Of a stretch of 39,166 nt of DNA, positions 1 through 7,508 are shown in pieces. The notes below the pieces were generated by a model. It was not told where the DNA came from. It worked only from the letters and a program-made list of their open reading frames with translations, and searched no databases. Every line of letters begins with the position of its first letter. Within the stretch, counting starts at the first letter, position 1. Made by a program: the position numbers and the translations under genes. The DNA comes from a virus (taxonomy: Duplodnaviria; Caudoviricetes): positions 1 through 39,166 of IMG/VR virus record IMGVR_UViG_3300047279_000052; one strand, written 5' to 3'.

Positions 1-261
1 TCGCAGCACACTGACACGCCAAGGGGAGCCGTTTAAACTGAGTTGCAGATAAAAAGGAATTGGCGTGTAAGCAGGGATCGGAGTGCTGGCACTGGTAGCA
101 ACAGCACCAACGCCCACTTCAACATAGCAAGGCACTTCGCACCAAACCAAAACGCCTTGAGGGCCAGCGTTCCATGCGGTTGTATTGCCTGCACTTGCAC
201 CGGCAGATGCGGTGTAAGCGGGAAAATCCGCTTTGCTCATTGGGTTAAGTAGTTCCATCAT
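1..261 (-). CDS. Virion-associated hypothetical protein, 5' part only (second allele of 37693..38004; runs off the window start)
   Basis: ATGATG at 261 preceded by AAGGA. Translation MMELLNPMSKADFPAYTASAGASAG... matches 37693..38004 with two substitutions over the visible part. Confidence 0.85.
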   Translation of the reverse strand, partial: MMELLNPMSKADFPAYTASAGASAGNTTAWNAGPQGVLVWCEVPCYVEVGVGAVATSASTPIPAYTPIPFYLQLSLNGSPWRVSVLR

Positions 262-267
262 ATTTCC

Positions 268-867
268 TTATGCTAACGTGTAGTGGTTTCGTTTGATGCG
301 GTTTTCTGCTTTTGGCAGCACTTGCAAATTTGTTGGCACATGCAACCCAGAAACAAGCTCACCTCGTAAGGGAATTATATGATCAACTTCCCAAATAAAG
401 CCAAACATGTTTGTGCGCATTTTGGCTAACTTATACGCTTCGCTCATTAACCATCTATCTTCTGCGGTAAGCCATTTTGGCACACGTTTGGCACGTCTGG
501 CAACACTTGCAACAGCTCTTGCGGTATACATGTCAGGATGCTTTTTAATGTAACGAAGTGCTTTAGCTTTAACTTTGTCAGGATTAGCCGCTGCCCATGC
601 TTTTGCATCTGCTTGAACTTTGTCTTTGTTGGCCGTTTGCCAACGTTTAACGCGGGCGTTGTGCAATTCTCGGTTGTTTTCTAACCATTTGCGCCAAGAA
701 GCATGTTGGGTTTCGCGGTTATTTTTATATCGGTCAACACCCGCAAGTTTTACACATTCAAGGCAAATTGCTGTACTTGTGTATCTGTCTGACAAATGCC
801 CATGCTTGCACGGCTTACCCGTGTTGTAAAACTTCAAGTTTTGAGCTTTTGCTTCAGCGCGTTTCAT
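268..867 (-). mobile_element. Free-standing HNH homing endonuclease gene (199 aa)
   Basis: C-terminal EVDHIIPL..GLHVPTNLQVL...ENRIKRN HNH motif, N-terminal KPCKHGH...CLEC zinc-binding motif and a basic helical linker. AT-rich, and absent from the homologous site at about 38011. Confidence 0.9.
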
Positions 868-1226
868 GCTAAATATTTCAGCTTGTATAAAGTCCGGGTG
901 TATATCTCGATGATATTATCTATCAATTGTTGCAGTGATGAGTCTGATTTATCACACACATCGTATCTTGCGGCTTCAATTTCAGCAAGTGAATCTTGCA
1001 GAAACTCAATCACATTGGCCGTCTTTTTGGCCGAATGCAGGGTAATTGGGCCAATTAGACCGTAGCGGCCTTGGTAGGCTTCAGCAAAGTCGTCAGCCGC
1101 ACCAATGATGCGGTTGTAGAAGATGTTGAGCGCTTCGTGCTTGCTGAAGCTGCGGGTGTTCAAATGCACAGAATGTGCAACGTCCCGAGCCAAAAACAGC
1201 AAACCTAAGAATTCATTTGCTTTCAT
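864..1226 (-). CDS. Ferritin/Dps-like four-helix protein (DUF5856-like), allele A
   Basis: H..HLNT.S...H.AL..FY..I...AD.FAE.YQG pattern resembles Dps helices 1-2. ATGA-coupled to both the portal and the HNH gene. Confidence 0.6.
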   Translation of the reverse strand: MKANEFLGLLFLARDVAHSVHLNTRSFSKHEALNIFYNRIIGAADDFAEAYQGRYGLIGPITLHSAKKTANVIEFLQDSLAEIEAARYDVCDKSDSSLQQLIDNIIEIYTRTLYKLKYLA

Positions 1227-3397
1227 TGCGGCATTCCCATCTGTTGTTCGGGTGGCATCATTTCTTGTTCAGGTTCCTCATCACGGATCATCGGAATCAT
1301 TGCCATCTGAGACTCCATGGCCGCAGCAACAACACCCATAGCGATGTCCTGAATCTGTTCTTCACTCATACCGGCCTGAACCGCAGAAATTCGCTTGGTT
1401 TCAGCATCGTATGCCTTGATCTGAGCCTCAAATTCCTTGCGCTCCAAGTCCTGCATCTCAATAGATTTGCCGACATTCTGGATCATCTGGTGCATCTGCT
1501 CCATCTCAGCGCCCATGGCCTGAATCTGTTGCTGCGCTGCCTGCAAGGCTGGATCCTCATCACCATCAGACAAGAACTTAGGGTCAATGGTCTTTTGGAA
1601 CCGCTTGGCCATCTCTTGAGCGCCAGGCCAGTCCATGTTCTTGACAAACAAGTCGCCAGCCACAGACCACAATTGTGGGTTGCCCTGAAGCAGTTGAGCC
1701 ATGGCTTCCAATGCCTCTTGGCGCTTGGTTGCGTAGCCTGGGCCAGTTGTGGCCACCACATCGTACTTGCCGACGCCTGGGTTGTAGATTTTCTCGATCA
1801 CAATACCCTGTTCGTCCACAATCTTGTTGACGGGTTGAGGCTGGTCAGGATTGATCTTGACCATCTTAGTCTCGCCGTCTTCACCAATGATGCGAGCGAT
1901 GCGCTGTGTGTCGTAAATCTTGGGGATCAAGTCCACCAACTGACGAGCCACATGGCGCACGGCACGGGTCAGGTTGTCACCATAGTGGTAAGTACCTACA
2001 TCACCCTCACGCTGGCGGGCCAAAATGGCTTTGCCAGAGCGTTCGTTGCTTCCCATGCCGAGTGATGCGTTGTATTGGCCAGTTGTGGACTTGATGTCTT
2101 CAGAAGCGCCCGATTTGGCTTGCAATAGGCCCGTAGACGCCATCGGCGGCTGCGCACGCTGGGGTAGTGGCAAGACAGCGCCTTGGCCGTCTGTAACGTC
2201 AGGATTTACTTCGAGGTATGGCCAGTTGTTCGTGTTGGCGGTCTTCCACTTGTCCTCATAGCCCTCAAACTGACCACCGTAGCCAATGAACGGAGCCTTG
2301 GGGGCCAGAGCCAGCATCTCAGCTTCTTGAGACACCCAGTAGTTGTACATGCGCTGGGCATCTTTGGCGTTACGCACCAAGCCAGAGACATACAAACGGC
2401 CATCAACCTCAAATTCGTTACCGACAACACGGATCACGGGGATCCATTTGCCTGCCCACTCTTTTTCTTCAAGGATTTCGTAGCCGTTGATCTTGCAATA
2501 CTTGACCCGTGGGCGCTCAGAGATGCGCTTGTTGACGGGTTTGCCGAACATGTCTTTTAACATGCGATCTTCAGGCGTGCCTTCAAAGGCCGTTTGGTTG
2601 CCTGGGTACAAATTCAGCGTTGTTTTGTCGTAGTCGATGTAGTAGTAGCCAGCGATACGCACTGTGTCTTCATTGAGCCAGTTGCTGATCGACTGGTCGC
2701 CTACACCAAGGGACTGGAGCGTAGAAATAGGCGCAGCATTGGGGTACTGGCGCTCATATTCTGCTTTTGTCAGGTCTTCGGTGATGAAACACCACTTGGC
2801 ATCCGCGCCCGTTGGGTCTTGGATCAGCGGATCCATGTAGACCGAGAAGGAGTTGCGGACACGGCCAATCTTGATGTCTTGATCGAACGTGTTTTCGTCG
2901 CAGTACTCGGTCATCAGGGTGATGTAACCCTCGCCGTAGGACACTTGGTTCTCGCAGGCAGTGTCGTAGGCCACGTCAGCGTCAGAGATGTACTCAATGT
3001 GACGGATCATGCCGTTGAAAATGTCGGCCACTTCCACGTCAGCGTTGTCATCGACGGGGATGACCTTCGCACCTGGGCGGTTCTGACGCATGTCATTCGT
3101 CACTTGACGAACGTGCTGCGGCAGTTTGTTAATTGTGAGCGTTGGGCGGGCGTTGATCGTTTGACCCTGCACCGCGCCACGGGTGGCCAGCACGTCAGCG
3201 GGCCACTGCCAGTGGTTGTCGGGGGAGCCAGCGTAGAAACGCAAGTCGTCAATCTCATCCTCACGGCTTTCAGCCAGTGCAGAGACAGCCATGTCCAGTC
3301 GCGCACGGGCGACCGTCAATATGTCTGATTCACTCTTCGCAGGCTTACCGCCAGCAGCCACATTAGCGGCTGCGACTATTCCGGTTGGATCATTCAT
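1223..3397 (-). CDS. Portal protein, P22 gp1-like (724 aa)
   Basis: Size, position downstream of terL, motifs RPTLTINKL, GLVRNAKDAQRMYNYW and ERSGKAILARQ, and a C-terminal Q/E/M-rich helical barrel. Confidence 0.92.
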   Translation of the reverse strand: MNDPTGIVAAANVAAGGKPAKSESDILTVARARLDMAVSALAESREDEIDDLRFYAGSPDNHWQWPADVLATRGAVQGQTINARPTLTINKLPQHVRQVTNDMRQNRPGAKVIPVDDNADVEVADIFNGMIRHIEYISDADVAYDTACENQVSYGEGYITLMTEYCDENTFDQDIKIGRVRNSFSVYMDPLIQDPTGADAKWCFITEDLTKAEYERQYPNAAPISTLQSLGVGDQSISNWLNEDTVRIAGYYYIDYDKTTLNLYPGNQTAFEGTPEDRMLKDMFGKPVNKRISERPRVKYCKINGYEILEEKEWAGKWIPVIRVVGNEFEVDGRLYVSGLVRNAKDAQRMYNYWVSQEAEMLALAPKAPFIGYGGQFEGYEDKWKTANTNNWPYLEVNPDVTDGQGAVLPLPQRAQPPMASTGLLQAKSGASEDIKSTTGQYNASLGMGSNERSGKAILARQREGDVGTYHYGDNLTRAVRHVARQLVDLIPKIYDTQRIARIIGEDGETKMVKINPDQPQPVNKIVDEQGIVIEKIYNPGVGKYDVVATTGPGYATKRQEALEAMAQLLQGNPQLWSVAGDLFVKNMDWPGAQEMAKRFQKTIDPKFLSDGDEDPALQAAQQQIQAMGAEMEQMHQMIQNVGKSIEMQDLERKEFEAQIKAYDAETKRISAVQAGMSEEQIQDIAMGVVAAAMESQMAMIPMIRDEEPEQEMMPPEQQMGMPQ

Positions 3398-3627
3398 TCC
3401 AAAACCCCTAAAATATGAGGCTCACGCATGACGACGTATTCTTTGCCGTCTTGCTTAAATTCTTGCCCTACCCCAAAGTATACATGGTCACCGACCTTGA
3501 TGTCTAGGCACAAGGGGCCAACAGCGATGGCAATACCGGTTTCAGTCTGTGAATTTGCGGGCAAAACAAACAGCGGGTGCTTTTCAACGTCGCGTTCGAT
3601 GATGATGCAGTCTTGCAGTGCTTTCAT
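3394..3627 (-). CDS. groES: Co-chaperonin GroES-like protein (77 aa)
   Basis: MKALQDCIII...GIAIAVGP...IKVGDHVYF....G.E...DGKEYVVMRE..ILGVLE follows the Cpn10 pattern. The mobile loop is short and divergent. Confidence 0.8.
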   Translation of the reverse strand: MKALQDCIIIERDVEKHPLFVLPANSQTETGIAIAVGPLCLDIKVGDHVYFGVGQEFKQDGKEYVVMREPHILGVLE

Positions 3628-3779
3628 TATTTCTTCTTTGCAGTTTTGGCAGATTCTTTGAACGCTTTGGCAGTAGGTGCGCCCTTGTCGCCAGGGCTGC
3701 GCATCTTCTCTTTGCTGCCAGCGGCGATGCGTGCCTGTTTAGCGTGAATGTTGGCGTAAAGCCCAGGTTTCGTTGCCAT
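3627..3779 (-). CDS. Small basic protein (50 aa), not in the ORF track
   Basis: MATKPGLYANIHAKQARIAAGSKEKMRSPGDKGAPTAKAFKESAKTAKKK. TAATG overlaps at both ends fill the terL-groES gap exactly. Confidence 0.75.
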   Translation of the reverse strand: MATKPGLYANIHAKQARIAAGSKEKMRSPGDKGAPTAKAFKESAKTAKKK

Positions 3780-5308
3780 TATGACCCCATCCATGATGTT
3801 GCTACCACACTACGATCGGCTTGAATGCGTCGCGTTGTGTGTTCACGCGACTCCCGATGGGCTACGGGGAAGGCAAAAGTAACGGCCAGAGCGTCAGCTG
3901 CATCGGGTGAAGCAAGACCTCGTGCTTTCATTTCCTTTTTACCTTCCAAAAAGATAGTACCTGCCGAGTTGGGCTTTTTAGTCGGCCCGATGAGGTCAGC
4001 TTTGAGCTGTCTGTCGGTAGGAATCGCGGCTGACCTGAGCCATTCGCGCATCATACCCCACATCTCAGCCCGCTTGTTGCCCCACATTACCGGGTTTTTC
4101 GCCTTCCAGCCGAAGTTAACCCCGCGCACTTTGTACCGCTGCTCGGTTAATCTGTCAAGTATCCCGTATCCAAGGCCGCCCTCGTCAATCACGGTCAAAA
4201 CGGGCTTGTACTCTTCGATCGCCTCGATGACGTGGCCGACTACGCTCATGGTGTCCTCACCTTTGTAGCGCTTGATGGCCACCAGGTCACGCCCTTGGCG
4301 CACCACGATGACCGTGCTGTCCATACCCCCACGAGCTGGGTCAACACCGATGACGATCGGGGCTGTCAGGTCTTTGTATTTAGGCCGTTTGAACGCATCC
4401 TCGACCACAACGGGCGAGATGAACTGGTCTTCGCCGGCAGCTGGGAACTCGCCGTAGACCTCGATGCGAGCTTGTATGGAGTCTTCGCCGTACTCAGCGA
4501 TGATCTGGTCATAGACGGCTTTGTCTGTGCCCTCGACTGTCCTGGCATCAATAATCTCGGTGTCCCAGAAGTCCCGTTTGCTGTTGAACGTCTCGAAGAA
4601 GTACCCGGTGTTGCGCCGTGGGTTACTAAACGCAAACCAGTACCTGTCCAAAATCTTCTCGGTAAAGAAGCCCGAGGCCACCGACCAGATCCCATCAGGA
4701 ATACCGCTCGCTTCGTCAAAGATCACCATCATGCCATCGTGGTTGTGGACACCGGCATACGAGTCTGGGTTTTCTTCACTCCAGAGCTTGCCCTCAGCGG
4801 CCCAGTAACGAGTACCTTTCTTAAGATCTCTCTCCACGAGTTCTGTCAACCACTGCGCCGGCACGAGCTTGGTAGCTGACGGCTCCCACCAGTGCGAGTT
4901 GATCGCCATGGTCGCCCACTTAGTCAGCTCACCCCAGGTCACCGTGCGAAGCTGGTTCTCACTGTTAGCCGAGACAATGACGGAACTCCCGATCCGGGTT
5001 GTCAGCATCCACAAGATGAGCCAGCTCACCAGTGCTGATTTCCCAATACCACGACCAGACGACACAGCACGCCGAAGCGCATCCATGTCCACCTGTCCAC
5101 GGTTAGCCTTGATGTGATTGGCAATCTTGCGAAGTGTCCTGCGCTGCCATGCGCGTGGGCCTTTGAAGTGTTCGAGTGGGGTGTTCTTTTGCCCCCAAGG
5201 AAACGCAAAAAGTACAAACGTCTCTGGGTTGTCTGCAATCTGGGAACTCCAGAGCTGGGTCATCAAGACCTGCTCATCCTGCGGAGAGTAAATCGGTTTC
5301 TGCATCAA
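3779..5308 (-). CDS. terL: Terminase large subunit
   Basis: Walker A SSGRGIGKS, Walker B VIFDEASG, coupling motif SNP, RNase H-like nuclease motifs IGVDPARGGMD and SPDAADALA. Confidence 0.96.
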   Translation of the reverse strand: MMQKPIYSPQDEQVLMTQLWSSQIADNPETFVLFAFPWGQKNTPLEHFKGPRAWQRRTLRKIANHIKANRGQVDMDALRRAVSSGRGIGKSALVSWLILWMLTTRIGSSVIVSANSENQLRTVTWGELTKWATMAINSHWWEPSATKLVPAQWLTELVERDLKKGTRYWAAEGKLWSEENPDSYAGVHNHDGMMVIFDEASGIPDGIWSVASGFFTEKILDRYWFAFSNPRRNTGYFFETFNSKRDFWDTEIIDARTVEGTDKAVYDQIIAEYGEDSIQARIEVYGEFPAAGEDQFISPVVVEDAFKRPKYKDLTAPIVIGVDPARGGMDSTVIVVRQGRDLVAIKRYKGEDTMSVVGHVIEAIEEYKPVLTVIDEGGLGYGILDRLTEQRYKVRGVNFGWKAKNPVMWGNKRAEMWGMMREWLRSAAIPTDRQLKADLIGPTKKPNSAGTIFLEGKKEMKARGLASPDAADALAVTFAFPVAHRESREHTTRRIQADRSVVATSWMGS

Positions 5309-5511
5309 TAGTCCTCAACGATGGGCGTTCCCACCGAGCAAGGTTGTCGGTATTCGGGCCATTTGCGATCAGGATGCATATTGAGCCACAGGTGCGATCG
5401 GCAAATGTCAATGAAGTGATACTCCCAACGACCACCATGCCAACGACGATACCACTGATACCGGCACAAGTAATAGCTAAACCAAAACGAGGTGAGCAGT
5501 TTACGAATCAT
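5305..5511 (-). CDS. Hypothetical Trp/Tyr-rich protein between terS and terL
   Basis: 68-aa ORF with ATGA overlaps to terS and terL. Confidence 0.55.
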   Translation of the reverse strand: MIRKLLTSFWFSYYLCRYQWYRRWHGGRWEYHFIDICRSHLWLNMHPDRKWPEYRQPCSVGTPIVEDY

Positions 5512-6065
5512 TCTTTAGGCTCCACGTCAATCACTTCAGCTTCGATGATCCGCGCCCTGGCATTAGCCAGCGCATCGGTAATTGAGATCGATCCACCCAG
5601 CTCGACAGTTTTAGTCTCACCGTATTTCTTGCGATTGTGCGCACCCATGAGCCACTTCCGAGTGTCGATCTTGAGCCTACTACGATTCACATCTTCGAGT
5701 GTGTCATCCGCATCGGCAATCTCAATGATCTCGCCGGCCATGAACTCGGTGCGCATCTCCTGCGCTTCGGTGAACAACTGGTTCCTCTGCGGATCTTTTT
5801 TGATCCACCGGTAAAAGTCGTTGTAGTCGATGTCCCGCTGATCATCCCGAAGGATCTGGGACAGTGACTGACCGTGGGCAATTGAGTCGATGACTCGCAT
5901 AAAGATGTGCTCGTACTGAGCCAATGCGAGAGCTTTCACCTCAGGGGGTGATTTGGCAAGCGTGCGAGGGGCAGGGTCTAGCCAGTCTGGTAATTCGATT
6001 TTGGTATCGGTTTCGCTGGTCAGTGTGACATCTGCGCCTACAGGATCGGGTGTTAATGATTCCAT
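5508..6065 (-). CDS. terS: Terminase small subunit (Sf6/P22-type)
   Basis: HTH IAHGQSLSQIL..., EIIEIADA, RLKIDTRKWLM...KKYG motifs. First gene of the packaging operon. Confidence 0.88.
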   Translation of the reverse strand: MESLTPDPVGADVTLTSETDTKIELPDWLDPAPRTLAKSPPEVKALALAQYEHIFMRVIDSIAHGQSLSQILRDDQRDIDYNDFYRWIKKDPQRNQLFTEAQEMRTEFMAGEIIEIADADDTLEDVNRSRLKIDTRKWLMGAHNRKKYGETKTVELGGSISITDALANARARIIEAEVIDVEPKE

Positions 6066-6075
6066 AGTGGACAGG

Positions 6076-6103
6076 ATTCTAGCATGGGGATGGATTTATG
6101 CAA
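6076..6103 (-). promoter_or_regulatory. Putative sigma70 promoter for terS/late operon
   Basis: TTGCAT-16 bp-TAGAAT with an extended TGn. The -10 box ends only 10 nt before the terS ATG. Confidence 0.55.
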
Positions 6104-6322
6104 GCGGTGAGTACGTGAACCCATTGGGTAAGGGTGTCACTGAAAAAATAAAAAATTGTTCGTGATGCCACCGCAGCCGCAGGCCCTTTGTCGCCGGCCC
6201 TACCCGGGGGCCTCGGATCCATGGCTCATTTTCCATGCGCGGTCATGAGCCAGTGACACCGTGACACATCGCCGCATGGATCAACGGCCACCGGATCAGG
6301 CCAGGATCAGGCGGCCAGGTCA

Positions 6323-6457
6323 ACCCAGTGGATCAGTGAATCGGTGCACCCAGCGGGTGGATCAATGGCCACTTGAACCCAACGGGTGAAGGGTTTCAGG
6401 TCAACCCAGCGGGTTTTGTAGCGTGAACCCAGCGGGTGAGGGATCAACCCAGTGGAT
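6323..6457. repeat. Array of six 11-bp quasi-palindromes ACCCA(G/A)(C/T)GG(G/A)T interleaved with GGATCA
   Basis: Copies start at 6323, 6348, 6377, 6404, 6427 and 6447. Outliers at 6119 and, inverted, at 6664. Confidence 0.85.
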
Positions 6458-6660
6458 TGAGGGGGCACGGAAAAAGGGGGCGAGTGCGTCAATTGTGACA
6501 TCGCGCAGGCGAGGGGGCTGATTCACTACTTTTTAAAAAGCACAAGAAATCAAGAATCCCAGAAACCCTTTCCCCGCTGTAAGTCACAACTGACGCACCA
6601 GGAAAGCAGGGAAACCCAGGGGGTTAGGGTAAGCACTGATACAAATATATCGTTTAATAG

Positions 6661-6691
6661 TTGACCCGCTGGGTTATTTTGTGTTTATAAT
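6661..6691 (+). promoter_or_regulatory. Putative early promoter overlapped by a dyad
   Basis: TTGACC (6661-6666) and TATAAT (6686-6691) with a 19-bp spacer. AT-rich upstream tract. ACCCGCTGGGT dyad at 6664-6674. Confidence 0.6.
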
Positions 6692-6712
6692 CTGTGACCG
6701 GCACAAACCGGC

Positions 6713-6739
6713 CACTGTAACCCGTAACTGTAATTGGAG
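6713..6739 (+). repeat. GTAACCCGTAACYGTAA leader repeat, copy 1 (others at 6876-6904 and 7478-7502)
   Basis: CACTGTAACCCGTAACTGTAATTGGAG, CACTGTAACCCGTAACCGTAACCCTGGAG and GTAACCCGTAACTGTAAACCTGGAG. Each ends in a GGAG RBS. Confidence 0.85.
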
Positions 6740-6742
6740 CAC

Positions 6743-6883
6743 ATGATGAACAAACACAATCTGCACTACATCGATTTAAACCCAGCACCGATTGATGAAC
6801 CCTCCGACCTGGCCATCATTGCCGGCGCTGCTGCGCTTGTCGCTGGCCTAGGCTTTGTCCTTATCGTTTTGTTTTCACTGTAA
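6743..6883 (+). CDS. First early gene: 46-aa single-pass membrane protein (not in ORF track)
   Basis: GGAG RBS. MMNKHNLHYIDLNPAPIDEPSDLAIIAGAAALVAGLGFVLIVLFSL. Its stop lies inside repeat copy 2. Confidence 0.7.
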   Translation: MMNKHNLHYIDLNPAPIDEPSDLAIIAGAAALVAGLGFVLIVLFSL

Positions 6884-6913
6884 CCCGTAACCGTAACCCT
6901 GGAGAATCTAATC

Positions 6914-7213
6914 ATGAAAAACGAAAACCCCGTACTGCTGGCCGCCGCCGTTGACCGCCTGGCCTTGATCAAGGCCCAGCTGGCCAACTTGAAGGCTGAA
7001 GAGGATCAAATTAAGGCCGTACTGATCGAAGCTGGCCAAGCGGCCATCGAAGGCCAGCTGCACCGCGCCGCTGTGAGCTTCTGCCCTGGCCGTGATGTAA
7101 CCGACTGGAGATCCATCGCTGAACACTTCACACCTTCGCGCCAGCTGATCACTGCGCACACGTCAACCGGTGCGGCGTTCTATACGGTGCGCGTTTCATC
7201 TCGCAAAGCATAA
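6914..7213 (+). CDS. Hypothetical early protein with N-terminal coiled coil
   Basis: GGAG RBS. Heptad pattern VDRLALIKAQLANLKAEEDQIKAVL. Confidence 0.75.
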   Translation: MKNENPVLLAAAVDRLALIKAQLANLKAEEDQIKAVLIEAGQAAIEGQLHRAAVSFCPGRDVTDWRSIAEHFTPSRQLITAHTSTGAAFYTVRVSSRKA

Positions 7214-7223
7214 GGGGCAGGCC

Positions 7224-7481
7224 ATGAAACCGATTGTTTACTACACTGACCCAGGTCACGGCTGGTTCGCCGTGAAACGTGCTGAGCTGGCCGCCCTGGG
7301 GATCCTGGACCAGGTTTCGCACTATTCGTATGAGAGGGGCCGCACGGTATATCTCGAAGAGGATTGTGACGCCAGCTTGTACTTCGCGGCGCATAAGGCC
7401 GCCGGCACGGTTCCCCCGTACATCGAAAAGCACACCGACAAGCGCCACCCGATTAGATCCTATTCGACATTCAAAGCGTAA
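7224..7481 (+). CDS. Conserved-looking phage protein with DPGHGW...SYE...YLEEDCD motif
   Basis: Start re-assigned to ATG 7224 after AAGGGG. The motif pattern is typical of small aquatic-phage and plasmid proteins. Confidence 0.75.
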   Translation: MKPIVYYTDPGHGWFAVKRAELAALGILDQVSHYSYERGRTVYLEEDCDASLYFAAHKAAGTVPPYIEKHTDKRHPIRSYSTFKA

Positions 7482-7508
7482 CCCGTAACTGTAAACCTGG
7501 AGAAAATA

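Larger units (their letters stand above)
1..1998. repeat. Diverged duplicate of 37744..39166 (HNH-containing allele)
   Basis: Bases 1-114 are identical to 37744-37857 and 1872-1998 are identical to 39040-39166. The offset shifts from 37743 to 37168, i.e. +596 bp for the HNH gene and -21 bp for the shorter portal tail. Confidence 0.97.

Noticed and set aside
1175-5814. Long plus-strand ORFs (e.g. 1175..2065, 2594..3328, 4232..4879, 5176..5814)
   Set aside because: Antisense shadows of portal/terminase genes, with no RBS or recognisable motifs. The same applies to antisense ORFs elsewhere in the track.
6323-6457. CRISPR mini-array
   Set aside because: Repeats are only 11 bp with 9-18 bp gaps and there are no cas genes. 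The DUF2800 Cas4-like nuclease is a normal replication/recombination gene.
6307-6501. 64-aa minus-strand ORF
   Set aside because: Its recurring RWV/HWV words merely reflect the DNA repeat. No RBS.
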